Of a DNA stretch of 64,000 bases, positions 24,206 through 36,346 are shown piece after piece. The stretch comes from an uncultured virus (IMG/VR IMGVR_UViG_3300042988_001938) (lineage: Duplodnaviria > Heunggongvirae > Uroviricota > Caudoviricetes), in IMG/VR virus record IMGVR_UViG_3300042988_001938; one strand, written 5' to 3'. Within the stretch, counting starts at the first letter, position 1; each line of letters starts with the position of its first letter. The translations under genes were made by a program, and so were the position numbers. The notes under the pieces are model-generated. The model was not told the DNA's origin and did no database searches. It was given only the letters and a program-made list of their open reading frames with translations.

Positions 24206-25333
24206 TCATGATAAAGGTAGGCAGCATTGAGTACTACGCTCTTATTGACTTAAGAGATAATCTTAACAAGCGAAAGTACAATAGTCTTGGACTCTTAAAC
24301 TTAGACAGACTTAAGTTTGAAGTACAACAAAAAATAGACTCTATTCACACAACAAGTTCACAGGGAGAGGTTAAGGGAGACCTTGAGGGAGACACAGCAA
24401 GTCAGATAAGTGATTCCCCAGATTAGTATCTACATAAATTTATTGCACCAATAGAAGGAACGTAGCCACCCAGATGGGACAAGTGCTATGCTCCTTTTTT
24501 TATTACTTTATTTAGCACCCTCATAGACAGGGAGAGAGGGAAAGCTAATAAATATACTTCCTGTTAATTTAATTGTCTTGATGGAGTCTAATTTGCTCCT
24601 GGAGAGAGGATGATTTTGTACCTTGGAGGCTGGGAGTTTTTACCAACGATGGGGTATAAATTTTGCCCTCTATTTTGGGTATATTTTATCTGGGGAGAGA
24701 CAGGGATTTTTGCCTACCTGAGGAGTGCCTAGAATTTGAGAATTTAGGTGATTGTTTTTTAGTGTGATTTTGTGGTAAAAAGTGGGTGATAATAAGTGCC
24801 TAAATTTGGGTTTTTTAGGGGCTCACTCAGGGAGAGATGGGGATATTGAATAGGTTTAAAGTACTGAGGGATAGGCTTTTAGGGATTGTAATTGCCGTTT
24901 TTGATATGTTTTTAATGGAGTGCCGTTCGTCCCACATTTTCCCACCCCCAGAGCCCAAAATTTCTCAACCACCGAAATTTTCAAAATTTAGGCAAAATCA
25001 AATTTTTCTAAAAATAGAAACGCCTAAAAATTGAAAACCTAGGGGCCTGTCTCCACTGGCAAATTATCAGCGCAGCGACAACTTAAAGCCCCCAGTTTCC
25101 CTTAAGTGCTGTCATCAGGAATCATGGGAAAAACCTGGTAAAAAAATCGTCTTGAAAAAATTGCTAATTTTGGCGCATGACAGTGGCCAATCCGAAAGTG
25201 TTTAGGCGTATGGCAGATTGCCTGCTTTTCGGACCACGTAGAGTGGCAGCAATAAATTGTGTGAAGATTATTTTATCTATGTCAGCAATGTCTTTTCATA
25301 TCCTGGTTATTTAATTAGTAACTCCTTATTATA

Positions 25334-25362
25334 TTATACGCATTATGGCCCAAAATGTTACA
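25334..25362 (-). promoter_or_regulatory. ECF-type promoter TGTAAC-N16-CGTATAA
   Basis: Reverse-complement motif; abuts a half copy (TGTGATTTTTGA) of the array repeat. Confidence 0.6.
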
Positions 25363-25661
25363 TTTTCAAAAATCACAAACATAAATAAATTCATTTATAA
25401 TTTAGAATCAGTATAAATAAAAATTTGCCTGCTGCCTGTGGTCCTGGTGCTGGGTTGCTCCTGGGTGGAAGAAAGTTTGGGGCAGGGGTGGATTAACCCT
25501 GCCAGGTCTGTTTCACTCCTGGGGTCGAGATTCTGTCTTCGTCCGTTCTCAATACTCTAACAACTGAAATTTCAAAAATCACAAGAATTGGACATCCTGG
25601 TAAATTTTTTTTTTATTATTGACTTATGGGCAGGTTCACTTGCCCAGCCAAAAGTTATTGG

Positions 25662-25729
25662 GCAGGTTCACTTAGAAGGACCCCTCGCCATTCTGTTTCA
25701 CTTGGAGCCTGTCTCGCTTTCGCATTGAC
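25662..25729 (-). ncRNA. small RNA family A copy 1
   Basis: 65/74 nt identical to 40013-40086; ORF-less; starts at the predicted TSS of a repeat. Confidence 0.5.
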
Positions 25730-25771
25730 AATACTCTAACAACTGAAATTTCAAAAATCACAAACCCCCTA

Positions 25772-28700
25772 TTAAATTTTAGAGGGTCTGTTTTTAAGGG
25801 TCTCAATCATTTCTTTGAACTTTGAAATTCTAACTGAGCTACCATTAACAACTACGTATCCTTTCCGAAATTCAAGTTGCTCTACTTCTTTTCCATTGGT
25901 ACGCAAATATTCTTTTGCGTAATCATCTTTAACCTCGTTAAAGACAGTTTCTGTTTTAGTCATATAAATGAATTTATAACTCTAACAACTGAGATTTCAA
26001 AAATCACAAATTATTTGTTTACGTAGAAGCAACTTAATAATTTGTAAAATGGTTCTTATATTCTGGTTAACATAAGATTGCTTTGTTTCTTGTTGTATAA
26101 GAAACAAAAAACCCTGTAGCTATACTGCAGGGTTTATTTTTATTTCTTTTTCTTATTCTTAATTCTTCCTAGTATTTTTTGACCAGAAAGAGAGTGTCCA
26201 GTAACTTCAATTCCTTCACGAGAATTAATTTCGTTAATGATTCTATCAACTTCCATTGGTTTAACATCATTAAATGAAAAAGTGTTTTTAATGATTTCTT
26301 TCATCACCAATTGTCCTTTGGACTTAACTTCTACTTTTTCTCTGTTTGCGCCTTTTACAAATACAGTTAATCTCATGTGTTTTAAAATTTGTTATTATGT
26401 TTTACAGATTCAAATATAAGAATAAAAAAAGAGACCACCAAATAAATGGAAGTCTCTTATACAATTTTTAATATAAAGTATAATACCTTATCCTTGTCTT
26501 TGAGAATCAGCTAGAGCTTTAAGAAACTCTTCATTAGCTTCATCACGAGACTCAATAATACGCTCAACTTCTTTAAGAAATTCTTCGTTCTCATCTGCAT
26601 CATACCCATTATACTCGCACATAATTTTTATTAAATTTTTGCGTCCTGGGTTGTAGTTAATCATTTCCATTAACTCTCTTAGTTTTGTTAATGCTTCAAA
26701 GTCTAATCTATCTCTTTTATTTAGAGCAGCTTGTACTGGGTGAATTTTATCTTCTGCCATGTATTTAGTTTATTTATCTAACAACTTATTTTTCAAAAAT
26801 CACAATTAAGTTATTTAAGAAAAATAAAAAAGCCCCATTTGGGGCTTTGAATTATTTGTTGTTATTGATGAAATACTTCCAGACAAGTTCTTGAATTTCC
26901 TTATTGAATCCACTTACAACTGAAATATCTTTTCTTGCAGCAATTACTGCATGGTCAAAATATGGAACTCTTGAAAAGTATTTGTTGAATTCTCTGTATT
27001 TATAATCATCGTCTGTAGAGAACTTCATCATTTTGAAGTAAAGACTAGCATCACGCTCAATCACTTTTTCAAACAAAAATCCAAGTACTTCACGTCTTTT
27101 GCTATCTTGAAACCCTTCTCCTAAGTAGGTGTCAAGAACTTTTTGAACAATTGCCTTTTTACCTTTTGTCGAACGATATTTATATTCATCAGTTAATTCG
27201 TGTTTATCTGTGAAATTACCCTTCATCAATGAAGTTAAGAATCGAATCATCATTTCTTCATCAATCTTTGAATCAGGGACAAAATCAATTGCTTGACAGT
27301 TATTATCGACAGCTGAGAGACAAAGTGAGTATGCTTTTTTATCTTCAGGAACGAATTCAAGTTGAAGTGGGTTTTTCTCTACGGCAATTGTACAAAGAAT
27401 ATCTGTCTTATCGTCTTCAGGAATCGAATCAAGACCTTTTCCAGTGCTAACAGCCAATCTATATAGGTCTGGCTTTAACTCTTTAGGAACAAACTTCATC
27501 GTACTTCCATCTTTTTCAACAGCTAATCTACATAAATCAGCGGTTTTTCTTTCTTCAGGAACTTTTTCTAAACGAATTGGTCGTTCTTCAATCAATGCTG
27601 TATACATTTTTTGTGTAATGTATTTATCATCAACACCATCAAAATCGTAAATGCTTTTAGCATTTTTAATTACTTGAATCTCAAATAAATCCAAAATATC
27701 TTCATCTTCCTTAATACCTTGAGGAAAAACAATAAAGTTTTGAATACCTTTATAATCTCGTCCGCTTTCAAGTAAGGCTTTTGTTGCTATTTCTTTTGTA
27801 ACAATATCCTCAATCAAATTTGAAGGAATTTTTCTAATATTAGAAATATTTTCTTTTACTGCATAAGTGTAAATCAACTTTAAAATATCTTTATCAGTTA
27901 CTTTATCTAAGTTGGCAATCTCATGTGACTTTACAAGTTTTACAAAAGAAGCTATTGTTACTCCCCATTCTTTTTTAAGAACTCTGCTTGCATAATCTCT
28001 AATCTCAACTTGACTAGAGTATTTTGGCGTACCATTAAGTACAAGTTCAAAATTCAATTGGTCTTCAGGAATACTAATTACAATTGACGAATGTACTCCA
28101 CTTGCAAGTGCCGCTTTAACAACTGCAGGAGTTCTTAATTCATAAGGCACTTTCATTAAATCAAATGCTCTATTTTCTACAATAGCAATTGCTTCTTTTT
28201 CTGTTGTTGGTTTTTGTGCTGTAGTTGACATATCTCTTTTTTTTAGTTATCTCTTATTACTCTAACAACTGGAATTTCAAAAATCACAGGACTACAATTC
28301 CTGAGTAAACGACTGAAGAATTAGCAATCTCAAGTCTCTTTAATTGTTTCTCTGCATCCTCATCACTACGAGCAATGATGTTCTTATAGTGTTCATTGTC
28401 ATTTACCATGACTTTATATTTTCTCTGACCAATCTTTGACTTGGAAACGAAGTCACCTTCGAATAGTGTGTGCTCATCAGCTCCAATCAACTTAAGGACT
28501 TCATCAGGCTGAGAGTCATGGTTGGTATTCTTTCCAATAAACTCAGCAACCTTTGTGAATTTCTTTAGCTTGGTAACATTGTCTGTTGAAATGTTGAATG
28601 TCATGCCGTACCACTTATCCTCTCCGATTGTTTGCTGGAATGTGATTGTTCCAATTGGTTCAAAGTATTCATTGCCTCCATAGCGAGGAAAAAGAATCTC

Positions 28701-29358
28701 AATATGCATAATCTTATACTTACCTTGAGAGTTGCTGTATGTAATTCGAACTGGAGTCTTCATATCATTCTTGTGTTTGGTTATAAGTCTCTGCTCGCAC
28801 GGTGCATTAATCACTCGTGCTTTATGTTATCCTAACAACTGATTTTTCAAAAATCACAAAACTAAATCTTGTGCTCAATAATCATGAAAGCCTTCTGACC
28901 ATTTACTGTGAATTGGTACTGGTATCGTCCAGGTTCTTTGCCACCTGTCCAAGAACCCAAGCAAGTTAGCTTTGTGAATCTTGAGTACTCCTGAAGAGAA
29001 AAGGCTGTTGACTTAACTCTGGCCTTATCACCCTTAACCTCTACATGGAATTCGTGTCCATTATCCCAAGGAGTATTCATATTGAAGTCCTTGTATAACT
29101 TTATTTTAAATGTATATGTTTCCATTGCTTTTATCTATCTAACAACTGAAATCTCAAAAATCACAAGTCCATCTTGAGTTGTGTTCCAAGTCTTGGCTTC
29201 CCAGTTCCTGAAGTTCCCAGAATCAAATGAAACTCTGTAGCGTCAAAACCTCTTAGGTCAAAGAAGTCGAATGTAGCCTTGGCCTGTTCCTTTGTGACTT
29301 TCTTGCGGTATCCTCCATGGTTTGCCTTGTGCTTGCTGCTATTCGGGTTCCAACTCAT
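25772..29358 (-). other. Small hypothetical cassette genes (25772-25963, 26140-26376, 26488-26760, 28284-28763, 28862-29125, 29161-29358)
   Basis: ORFs lying between array repeats. Confidence 0.65.
26852..28231 (-). CDS. DUF4116-repeat protein
   Basis: Repeated units such as LCRLAVEKDGSTMKFVP and LCTIAVEKNPLQLEFVP. Confidence 0.7.
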   Translation of the reverse strand: MSTTAQKPTTEKEAIAIVENRAFDLMKVPYELRTPAVVKAALASGVHSSIVISIPEDQLNFELVLNGTPKYSSQVEIRDYASRVLKKEWGVTIASFVKLVKSHEIANLDKVTDKDILKLIYTYAVKENISNIRKIPSNLIEDIVTKEIATKALLESGRDYKGIQNFIVFPQGIKEDEDILDLFEIQVIKNAKSIYDFDGVDDKYITQKMYTALIEERPIRLEKVPEERKTADLCRLAVEKDGSTMKFVPKELKPDLYRLAVSTGKGLDSIPEDDKTDILCTIAVEKNPLQLEFVPEDKKAYSLCLSAVDNNCQAIDFVPDSKIDEEMMIRFLTSLMKGNFTDKHELTDEYKYRSTKGKKAIVQKVLDTYLGEGFQDSKRREVLGFLFEKVIERDASLYFKMMKFSTDDDYKYREFNKYFSRVPYFDHAVIAARKDISVVSGFNKEIQELVWKYFINNNK

Positions 29359-29368
29359 GACTTACTTA

Positions 29369-29397
29369 TTATACGTTTAAAACTTACTTTTGTTTCT
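29369..29397 (-). promoter_or_regulatory. ECF-type promoter AGAAAC-N16-CGTATAA
   Basis: Upstream of ORF starting 29358, in tandem with an array repeat. Confidence 0.6.
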
Positions 29398-29578
29398 CTC
29401 TAACAACTGAAATATCAAAAATCACAAAAAGCAAAAAAGCCCAGCTATTAGACTGGGCTCTTTAAGAGAGAGAGACAACTAAACAATGCACAAGGCATCG
29501 TAGAGAATAGAGACAACAAGGAGAAAAACCGAGTTGCTTTATTATCTTTTACGTAAATAAAAATAAAATGTTACAAAT

Positions 29579-30193
29579 TTATTCACTTTTTTCGTTATCC
29601 TCTGATTCTGGGCTATCGAGTTTCTTTATTTGCTGCCTGATTTTCATAGCTGTCTCGAAGTCGTCATTGCTGACGGCTTTCGCTAGTTCCTCCTCAAGCT
29701 GCTCACGAGTTTTATTTACGTTTTTAAATACTGGAGCATCTTCTGACCTTCTTAGAGCAGCATCGGTTATACTCTTAATAATCATCTTAGAGAAATCACT
29801 CATTCCATTAACTTCACCAAGGTCTGTTGTTGAAGTTTCTCCTGTATTCAGGTTGGTGATTGTGATTGAACCGTCTTTGCCCATGTCCTTAATGATGTCC
29901 TTTATTGATGGAGGTAAAGATGGACTCTTCATGTCTCTGTACATCTCTGCCATCTTTTGTTGAAACTCAAGTTGGTTTGTATAGATGTCCTTGAACAACA
30001 TGATGGTTGTTCCGATGTTGTTTGAAATGACAATCACTGATGCCAGGATAATTCCCAGAGAGAAAAGCACTACACCTTCGAACAAGTTTCCTTGAGGTGT
30101 GAATAAGTTGTCAATTGTAAGGTATCCACCAACAAGAGTAAGTGCCAGTGAAGTTAGCAATGATGCTATGAGAACAAGTCCAGATAATTTCAT
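29579..30193 (-). CDS. membrane protein with C-terminal UVR (UvrB/UvrC) coiled-coil motif
   Basis: 2 TM segments; LEEELAKAVSNDDFETAMKIRQQIKKL. Confidence 0.75.
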   Translation of the reverse strand: MKLSGLVLIASLLTSLALTLVGGYLTIDNLFTPQGNLFEGVVLFSLGIILASVIVISNNIGTTIMLFKDIYTNQLEFQQKMAEMYRDMKSPSLPPSIKDIIKDMGKDGSITITNLNTGETSTTDLGEVNGMSDFSKMIIKSITDAALRRSEDAPVFKNVNKTREQLEEELAKAVSNDDFETAMKIRQQIKKLDSPESEDNEKSE

Positions 30194-30255
30194 AAAAAAA
30201 GTCTTTACGGTACAAATTTACGTAAAGACTTTTTATTATGCAAATAAATTTTTAT

Positions 30256-30510
30256 CTATTCTGACAAACTTTCTATAATCTCTTGAATCTCATCTACATA
30301 CTCTTGCTCGGAGTCCAGGAAATCCTCTTCATTCATAACTACCTGGATTTCGGAGCAGGCGTTAATGACATCATTAATGTCTTCGGCCTGTATGGCATCA
30401 TTGTATATAGATTCAGTGACTTCAATTAATCTTGGGTTTTCAGATTCGTAGCAGAGTTCGACAATTCTCTCAAAGTGCTCAAGTGCTTGTTTCAATTTCA
30501 TGTTCGTCAT
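30256..30510 (-). CDS. small acidic protein
   Basis: ORF, Glu/Asp-rich. Confidence 0.65.
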   Translation of the reverse strand: MTNMKLKQALEHFERIVELCYESENPRLIEVTESIYNDAIQAEDINDVINACSEIQVVMNEEDFLDSEQEYVDEIQEIIESLSE

Positions 30511-30554
30511 TTTTTGTTTCTATTACCATTAAATAGAAAAAAAAACAAGAACAC

Positions 30555-31466
30555 TTAATCGTTTCGCTTAAGAATGTGACTTAAATTTTCAATAAGCATC
30601 ATTGTCTCGACACAAATCTTCATGTCGTCATCTGTTGCTTTATAAATCTTATTGTAAGACTTTGAGAACTCCTTCTTGAATTCAGGGTAGTTTCTATTTT
30701 TAGAAACACCAATTAGGTATCTCTGAATAGAATCTGAAATGAAAGAAGGGAGAGACAGGTTTGTATTAATAAGCGCCCACTCATCTGGAGTGAAGAACTC
30801 TATGTGACGGTCATCACTCGTGAACGAATAGAAAATCTTACCAATCGGACCCATACGATTCTTTGTGGTCACCATGTATCTTTCATTGGTGTCTGGGTTG
30901 GCAATCATCTTAATTGGACAGTCAACATCGAACACGGTAGCCGCAGGACCTTCTACTTTACCCTCAGCATTCAGCTGTACAATAAGAATCACAACTCCTT
31001 GCGTCAAGTCCTTCCAGTCATACAAGTCCTTGATGATATTCTTATAGTTATCGTACTTATATTTTCCATTTTCTTTGGACAAAAGTTCTGCAGCGTGCTG
31101 AAGTGAATCGACAATAACTAGGGAGGGTTTGGTTTCGTAAATATTCTTAATGAACTGAGTCCAAAGAGGGAAGTCATCGACATCAGCAATGAGTTCCTTT
31201 TCACCTGTCTTAATTCGAGAGGTTTGACGAGCGACTGAGGACTTACGGCTTTCAAGAGCATAGAACAGGGAGGGCTCTGAGAAGTCACGCTGTAGTTTCT
31301 TACATAGTGTTGTCTTACCTGCACCTGAAGTTCCTGCTAGGGCAATCATGACACCTCTCTCTACTCCACCCTTTGAAGATAGAAATCCATCGAATGTGTC
31401 ATCGCCAAACTTAATTGTTGGCTTGTCAATAATCTTGACCTTATCATATGGAATTGCCTTGCTCAT
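30555..31466 (-). CDS. RadA/Sms-like RecA-family ATPase
   Basis: Walker A GTSGAGKT, Walker B VIVDSLQ, KNRMG motif. Confidence 0.8.
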   Translation of the reverse strand: MSKAIPYDKVKIIDKPTIKFGDDTFDGFLSSKGGVERGVMIALAGTSGAGKTTLCKKLQRDFSEPSLFYALESRKSSVARQTSRIKTGEKELIADVDDFPLWTQFIKNIYETKPSLVIVDSLQHAAELLSKENGKYKYDNYKNIIKDLYDWKDLTQGVVILIVQLNAEGKVEGPAATVFDVDCPIKMIANPDTNERYMVTTKNRMGPIGKIFYSFTSDDRHIEFFTPDEWALINTNLSLPSFISDSIQRYLIGVSKNRNYPEFKKEFSKSYNKIYKATDDDMKICVETMMLIENLSHILKRND

Positions 31467-31473
31467 ATTCTTA

Positions 31474-31503
31474 TTATACGTAATCCTTAATTAAAATGTT
31501 ACA
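31474..31503 (-). promoter_or_regulatory. ECF-type promoter TGTAAC-N17-CGTATAA
   Basis: Immediately upstream of the RadA-like gene start 31466. Confidence 0.65.
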
Positions 31504-31542
31504 ATGGAGGGAGAGCTAGTGAGTTCCCCCTCCATTGAATTC

Positions 31543-32415
31543 TTATGCATTCAACAACTCAAGCCCGTAGTTAAGTCCAATCATGTTCGCTTCTTTCTTT
31601 GCTCCGAACATCATGCTGTAGTCACCAGAACCTGCAGCTTTCAAGACGTGAGTTGTGTAGTGAGTTACACCGTTGAACAATCCCCAAGCGTTGTGACCAA
31701 CCTCATCCATCTCACCACGAACTGAAGCAAGAATCGAGTCAATCTTGTTCAAGCGCTGAGTAGTGAACTGCTCTTCACGCTCTGCAGCGGTAAGCATTCG
31801 CTCTTCCTCGGTCATCTTAACAAGGCGTGCTACACACTCCTGAACCATTTGCTCAGAGACCTTAACACCTTGAAGCTTTTGGAAGTTCTCGTATAACTGC
31901 TTCTCAAAGTCACGGTAAGTTCCAATGCGATTGATAATATCCTCAACACGCACCATGTTGTTCTTTGTGAGGCGGCTAGTGAAGTCCTCTACAATTGCTC
32001 CAAACTGGTTGGTGCAGCGTAGGTAAGTGTTTGTGTGTCCAATGAAGAACGAACGGCTTCCATCGAATCCAACACCAAGTGTTAATAATCCTTCAAGTTT
32101 GCTGCCTGCAATCTCAAGCGGCTCAGAAATTTCAATCTGGCAAGTAATCACAGGACGGGCTTGACCAAGGTTCTTTGCCTTATCAGTTGTATCCCAGTCG
32201 TTGAATGACTTGACAGTTCCACCAATCTTGTGTGCAACTTCGTTGGCAGTATCAGAGAACTGCTGAGTTGTCATCGGGTGGAAGGAGTCCTTCATGACAG
32301 CAATGCTTGCACCATTGTCATCACGGGTAATCTGCTTGTACCCCTTAATTGGGTTTCCGTTAATGTCCAAAATTCCCGTTTGCTGAATGTCCCAGTCGAA
32401 TGCATTTGTTTTCAT
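31543..32415 (-). CDS. DUF932/DUF945 family protein
   Basis: FDGS...RCTNQ...NAWGLFNGVTHYTTH motifs. Confidence 0.8.
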   Translation of the reverse strand: MKTNAFDWDIQQTGILDINGNPIKGYKQITRDDNGASIAVMKDSFHPMTTQQFSDTANEVAHKIGGTVKSFNDWDTTDKAKNLGQARPVITCQIEISEPLEIAGSKLEGLLTLGVGFDGSRSFFIGHTNTYLRCTNQFGAIVEDFTSRLTKNNMVRVEDIINRIGTYRDFEKQLYENFQKLQGVKVSEQMVQECVARLVKMTEEERMLTAAEREEQFTTQRLNKIDSILASVRGEMDEVGHNAWGLFNGVTHYTTHVLKAAGSGDYSMMFGAKKEANMIGLNYGLELLNA

Positions 32416-32504
32416 ACCTTTAATTTTTTTTATTGGTTACACTACTCTAACAACTAAAATTTCAAAAATCACAACTGTCAGAAAAAATAGATTTATTTTT
32501 TTTC

Positions 32505-32533
32505 TTATACGGAATTTAGAAAATTATGTTTCA
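32505..32533 (-). promoter_or_regulatory. ECF-type promoter TGAAAC-N16-CGTATAA
   Basis: Upstream of the DUF932 gene. Confidence 0.7.
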
Positions 32534-32773
32534 ATCTAAATTTAGAAAGGAAAGTATAAGGCAGGCTGGAGTCTACTCTCCCATCACCCTTTCGAGTGTC
32601 GGCCCTTCCTATGTTGGACAATACTCTAACAACTCGATTCTCAAAAATCACAACAAATAAAAAAACCCTTCAGATTTTTCTGAAGGGTCTCAAATAATTA
32701 CGGACTGGAACAATGTTCACAATTCCATCGGTGTGAACTCCGACCACCTGTGCTCAAGCGAGTCCGTGTATCT

Positions 32774-33391
32774 TTATGCTTCTGCAAGTAAGTCTTGTAG
32801 AATCTTTTGTCCACGCATTGCGTTTACACGTAGTGTTGAACAGTTTGCGTCAACTCCTTCACGTTCTGCAATTTCTTCAAAGGACAATCCGTCAATGAAT
32901 CGGTATTGCATTAGTCTGCGAACTTTATCGTTCTTAATGCTACCAATAGCTTTGTTAACGGCTTCTGAAATTTGGTCACGAACCATTTCTTGCTCTGGTG
33001 TCAAGGTATGTCCATTAATTTGGAATTCCATACCCTCGTGTTCATCAGAAGTCTTTGAAGCCAAAGAATCAATTGAAAGAACTTCGAACTTGTCCTTACG
33101 CTTGTGGTCAATCAAAACGTTGTGTGCAATCTTGTAAAGCCAAGTGGAGAACACAGACTGAGAAGAATTGTACTTATCAATGTTCATGTGAACTTTCTCG
33201 AATGTAATCATCTTCAAGTCTTCTGCTGTTTCAGAATCTTTAATGTTCTTACCGAAGAAGAAAGCTATTTGTCTTTGGTGGCGTGAGTAAATTTGCTCAA
33301 AGGCTTTTTGCTTTTCTCTGTCAGTTGATGTATTGCTTTGTAAGACTGCAACTAATAGTAAGTCTTCGTTTGCATTTTTTGAATTGCTCAT
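32774..33391 (-). CDS. ECF-type RNA polymerase sigma factor
   Basis: Region 2 (AEDL...FEKV...FSTWLYKIAHNVLIDHKRK) and region 4 (GLSFEEIAEREG). Confidence 0.9.
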   Translation of the reverse strand: MSNSKNANEDLLLVAVLQSNTSTDREKQKAFEQIYSRHQRQIAFFFGKNIKDSETAEDLKMITFEKVHMNIDKYNSSQSVFSTWLYKIAHNVLIDHKRKDKFEVLSIDSLASKTSDEHEGMEFQINGHTLTPEQEMVRDQISEAVNKAIGSIKNDKVRRLMQYRFIDGLSFEEIAEREGVDANCSTLRVNAMRGQKILQDLLAEA

Positions 33392-33452
33392 GTTATCTCT
33401 CTTTTTATTGGTTCTTATATCTCTCTAACAACTGGTTTCTCAAAAATCACAT

Positions 33453-36303
33453 TTATTTAGAATTTTGACGAATGAATTCAAGCATTTTAAATCCGTTTTT
33501 AAATGTATCACATCCACGGTTAATTTTAAAATCTTTAGCCGTATCAGGAACACCTCCATTTAATTCATAAACAGGGCAACTGTTATCGCAACTAGAATGA
33601 ACTTTATCACAAATCTCATAAAGCTCATTTGCTAAATCTTCATCGGTGATTTTTTCTTCTTTAATTAATTTCATCAACAAATCCATATCTCAGTATTTTA
33701 ATTATAATAACTTAGACTTAAAAAATCACAGACTACACTTTCTGAAAATAGGAAGAGTCAATCCAATCATTGTGCTCTTTAATTTTAACCCATTGTCCAG
33801 AGGTTCCTGCAATGCGGCTAACATCTTTAACGTCTGTAATAACCTTCTCACCTGTTTGAATAAATTCTCCAAGCTGTTCATCCAGTGGGTTTCTTAGCAA
33901 ATTAGCTTTATCTCCTATTGAAAACATAATCTTTTTTCTCTCTAACAACTGATTTCTCAAAAATCACAACAACCCAAGTTTCTTAAGTTCAAGAATCTCA
34001 TCAGTAGTTGCCATTCTGCTATCTTCGAAGTAAAGGTTGACCATTGCCTCCTCAATTAACACTTCTGCAACAACATCCATCGACACATCGAACTTATTAT
34101 AGAAATCCTCCTTTGTGGTTAATTTCTTAATAGCATCAAAGTCTACTCTTCTCTTAATCAACATCTTCTTACACATGACTTTTTTATAAAAAAGCCTTTG
34201 GCGTTGGATTAACCTTAGGTGCAGGCACTGTCCAAGGGTCGTCTTTCCTTGGCTTTGGCTTGACCTCACGCTCAGGCTTGGGTTTCACATCAGGCTTAAC
34301 TGGTGCAACCTCCGTCATCTCTATCATCTTCCTCATAACTTGTTATACGATTTTTTTCGATTTAAGTTTCAAATTACCAATCTCTGGACTCTCGATGCAT
34401 GCAATCATGACATCCGCAAGCTCATCATAGCTTAGCTGTGTCATCCTGGCAATTGCGAGCGGCAGGTCCTGTGTATCCAAGTCTGAAGCACTCAGGAACC
34501 TGGTCCATAGTGTGGGTGACAGCAGGTAGTGCCAGTACTCATTCTCATATGAATCAGCTATGGCGTAGTAGTACCTGAGTTCCTCCTCACTGTAGTGCTT
34601 TGGTATACCATGGCAGATTAAATAATCCAAGGCACCCTTAGCTACTTCGTGTAACAGTACTGGGAAGTTAATAGCATGACAATGAACGTTACATTCTGGT
34701 TCCCCTTCCTCTTCGAATTCAAGCCTATTGAATCCTTGAGTTGTTGCAGCGCCTGAACCAATTGCATTCTGGAATGCGTCTGGCTCCATCTGCCAGATGA
34801 GGTATCCAATGGTTGTTGTATACCTGTCGTACAGTTCCATCAGCATTGGGTCCAACTCATCTATCTTGTCTTTAATGATATAGTGCGCAGACTTCCATAT
34901 GTGCATCGCTGCACCATGGACCAATCCGTTAAGGATGATTCTCTTCTGGATTTCCTGGTACATCTTCCTTTGCTCTTCTGGAGAAAGGGAGAGAACGGGG
35001 TCGGGAGAGTCGTCCTGGCCATCTGGATTAGCATTAAGGCCTGTATCTATATCAGGGAGAATCTTGACGTGTTCAGGGATGTCGAACAGGGAGCGGATGG
35101 TATCCACTGCAATCTGTTTGAGCTCCTCTACGTATCTCATCTCCTTGTTAAAGATGACATTCATCATATCACTCATCCTCATCTGAAGACTAACTATAGA
35201 CTGGGGAGTTGACAGCGCAAACTCCTGGGGTAACCTTCTTTCAAATAACTCCAGACATCTCTTGTATTCTTCAGATGATAATACTTCAGGCTTATAGTGA
35301 TAAACCCGATTCCCATCCAGAGAAAACATCTTGGAATCAATCCTATTGACGATTCCATTGTGAGGTCGATGTCTCAAACCTCTGATTGACTCGGAGAACT
35401 TTTTCTCCTTGATGTCACTTATACTTGGCTTTCTTGGTCTTTGCATGACGCAAAGTTAATTAAAAAAGCCGAGATTTTTGTTTTTTAGGCGAAATTTAAT
35501 TCTTGCTGGACACCAGCCCCTGTGAGCATTGCCAGCTGCTTTTCAAGTGCTGAAGTAATGTAGCCTCCATATTGAGTTGGCATCATGTAGTTGTACAGGC
35601 CTTCTTCACTTCTTGCAATCCAGTATCCTGAAGAAAAGTCTTGTTGAATCTCATCAGCAATCTTTTGAATCGCTTCAGCATTGAACTGGTTATCTGGGCT
35701 GCTGGTTATTTGCTCTTGATGCTTAAGGGAGACTTCCCCAAACTTATCCAGCCATCCATTGAATTCGAAGTGGAACTCTGGGTCATTATTAATCGACTCT
35801 AGCTCAAGTTCGAATAGGTGTGCTGCAAGTGCTACCGCTGCTAATCTTGTTACTTTCATGACCTTCTAATTTTAGAATTTAGGACTTGCTCCATCTGGTG
35901 CACTGTAGTCTACATCTTTCTCGCTGAAATCGTGGTTTCCAGACTCATCAAGTGCGAGTTCAATAGCTTCATCCTCTGAAGACGCAAGAACCTCAATTGT
36001 TCTGAATGCATAACCTGTGCGGCATACTGGTACAATCCAAATCTTTTTCTCTGCAGTCATAGGAGTGACTTGGGGAGAGTCTATCTTGTAGTCCTTACGC
36101 TGCTCTTCAGTAAGGTTCTGAACAACTTGCTGGTAAATGAGTTCCTTCAGGTTCTCCTGAATTGCATCAAGCTTTTCTTGCTGTTCTGGCGTATTGCCAC
36201 CACTCTGGGTTAATGCATACTTGTGTGCACCAATCATTATAACATCACAGGCAGCTTCTACTTGGTTTGCTATGAACGACTTAAAATTATCCTTGAAACT
36301 CAT
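33453..36303 (-). other. Small hypothetical genes (33453-33686, 33733-33927, 33964-34156, 34184-34336 Pro-rich, 35485-35859, 35872-36303)
   Basis: Co-oriented ORFs; starts corrected to lie downstream of the repeats. Confidence 0.6.
34343..35446 (-). CDS. hypothetical phage protein (367 aa)
   Basis: Long ORF, FPVLLHEVAKG motif; TAACTTTG element upstream. Confidence 0.8.
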   Translation of the reverse strand: MQRPRKPSISDIKEKKFSESIRGLRHRPHNGIVNRIDSKMFSLDGNRVYHYKPEVLSSEEYKRCLELFERRLPQEFALSTPQSIVSLQMRMSDMMNVIFNKEMRYVEELKQIAVDTIRSLFDIPEHVKILPDIDTGLNANPDGQDDSPDPVLSLSPEEQRKMYQEIQKRIILNGLVHGAAMHIWKSAHYIIKDKIDELDPMLMELYDRYTTTIGYLIWQMEPDAFQNAIGSGAATTQGFNRLEFEEEGEPECNVHCHAINFPVLLHEVAKGALDYLICHGIPKHYSEEELRYYYAIADSYENEYWHYLLSPTLWTRFLSASDLDTQDLPLAIARMTQLSYDELADVMIACIESPEIGNLKLKSKKIV

Positions 36304-36346
36304 ACTCTTTATTTTTCTAACAACTGATTTCTCAATAATCACAATG

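Noticed and set aside
24837..25034. 65-aa ORF in the convergence zone
   Set aside because: It spans the skew switch with low-complexity composition; likely spurious.
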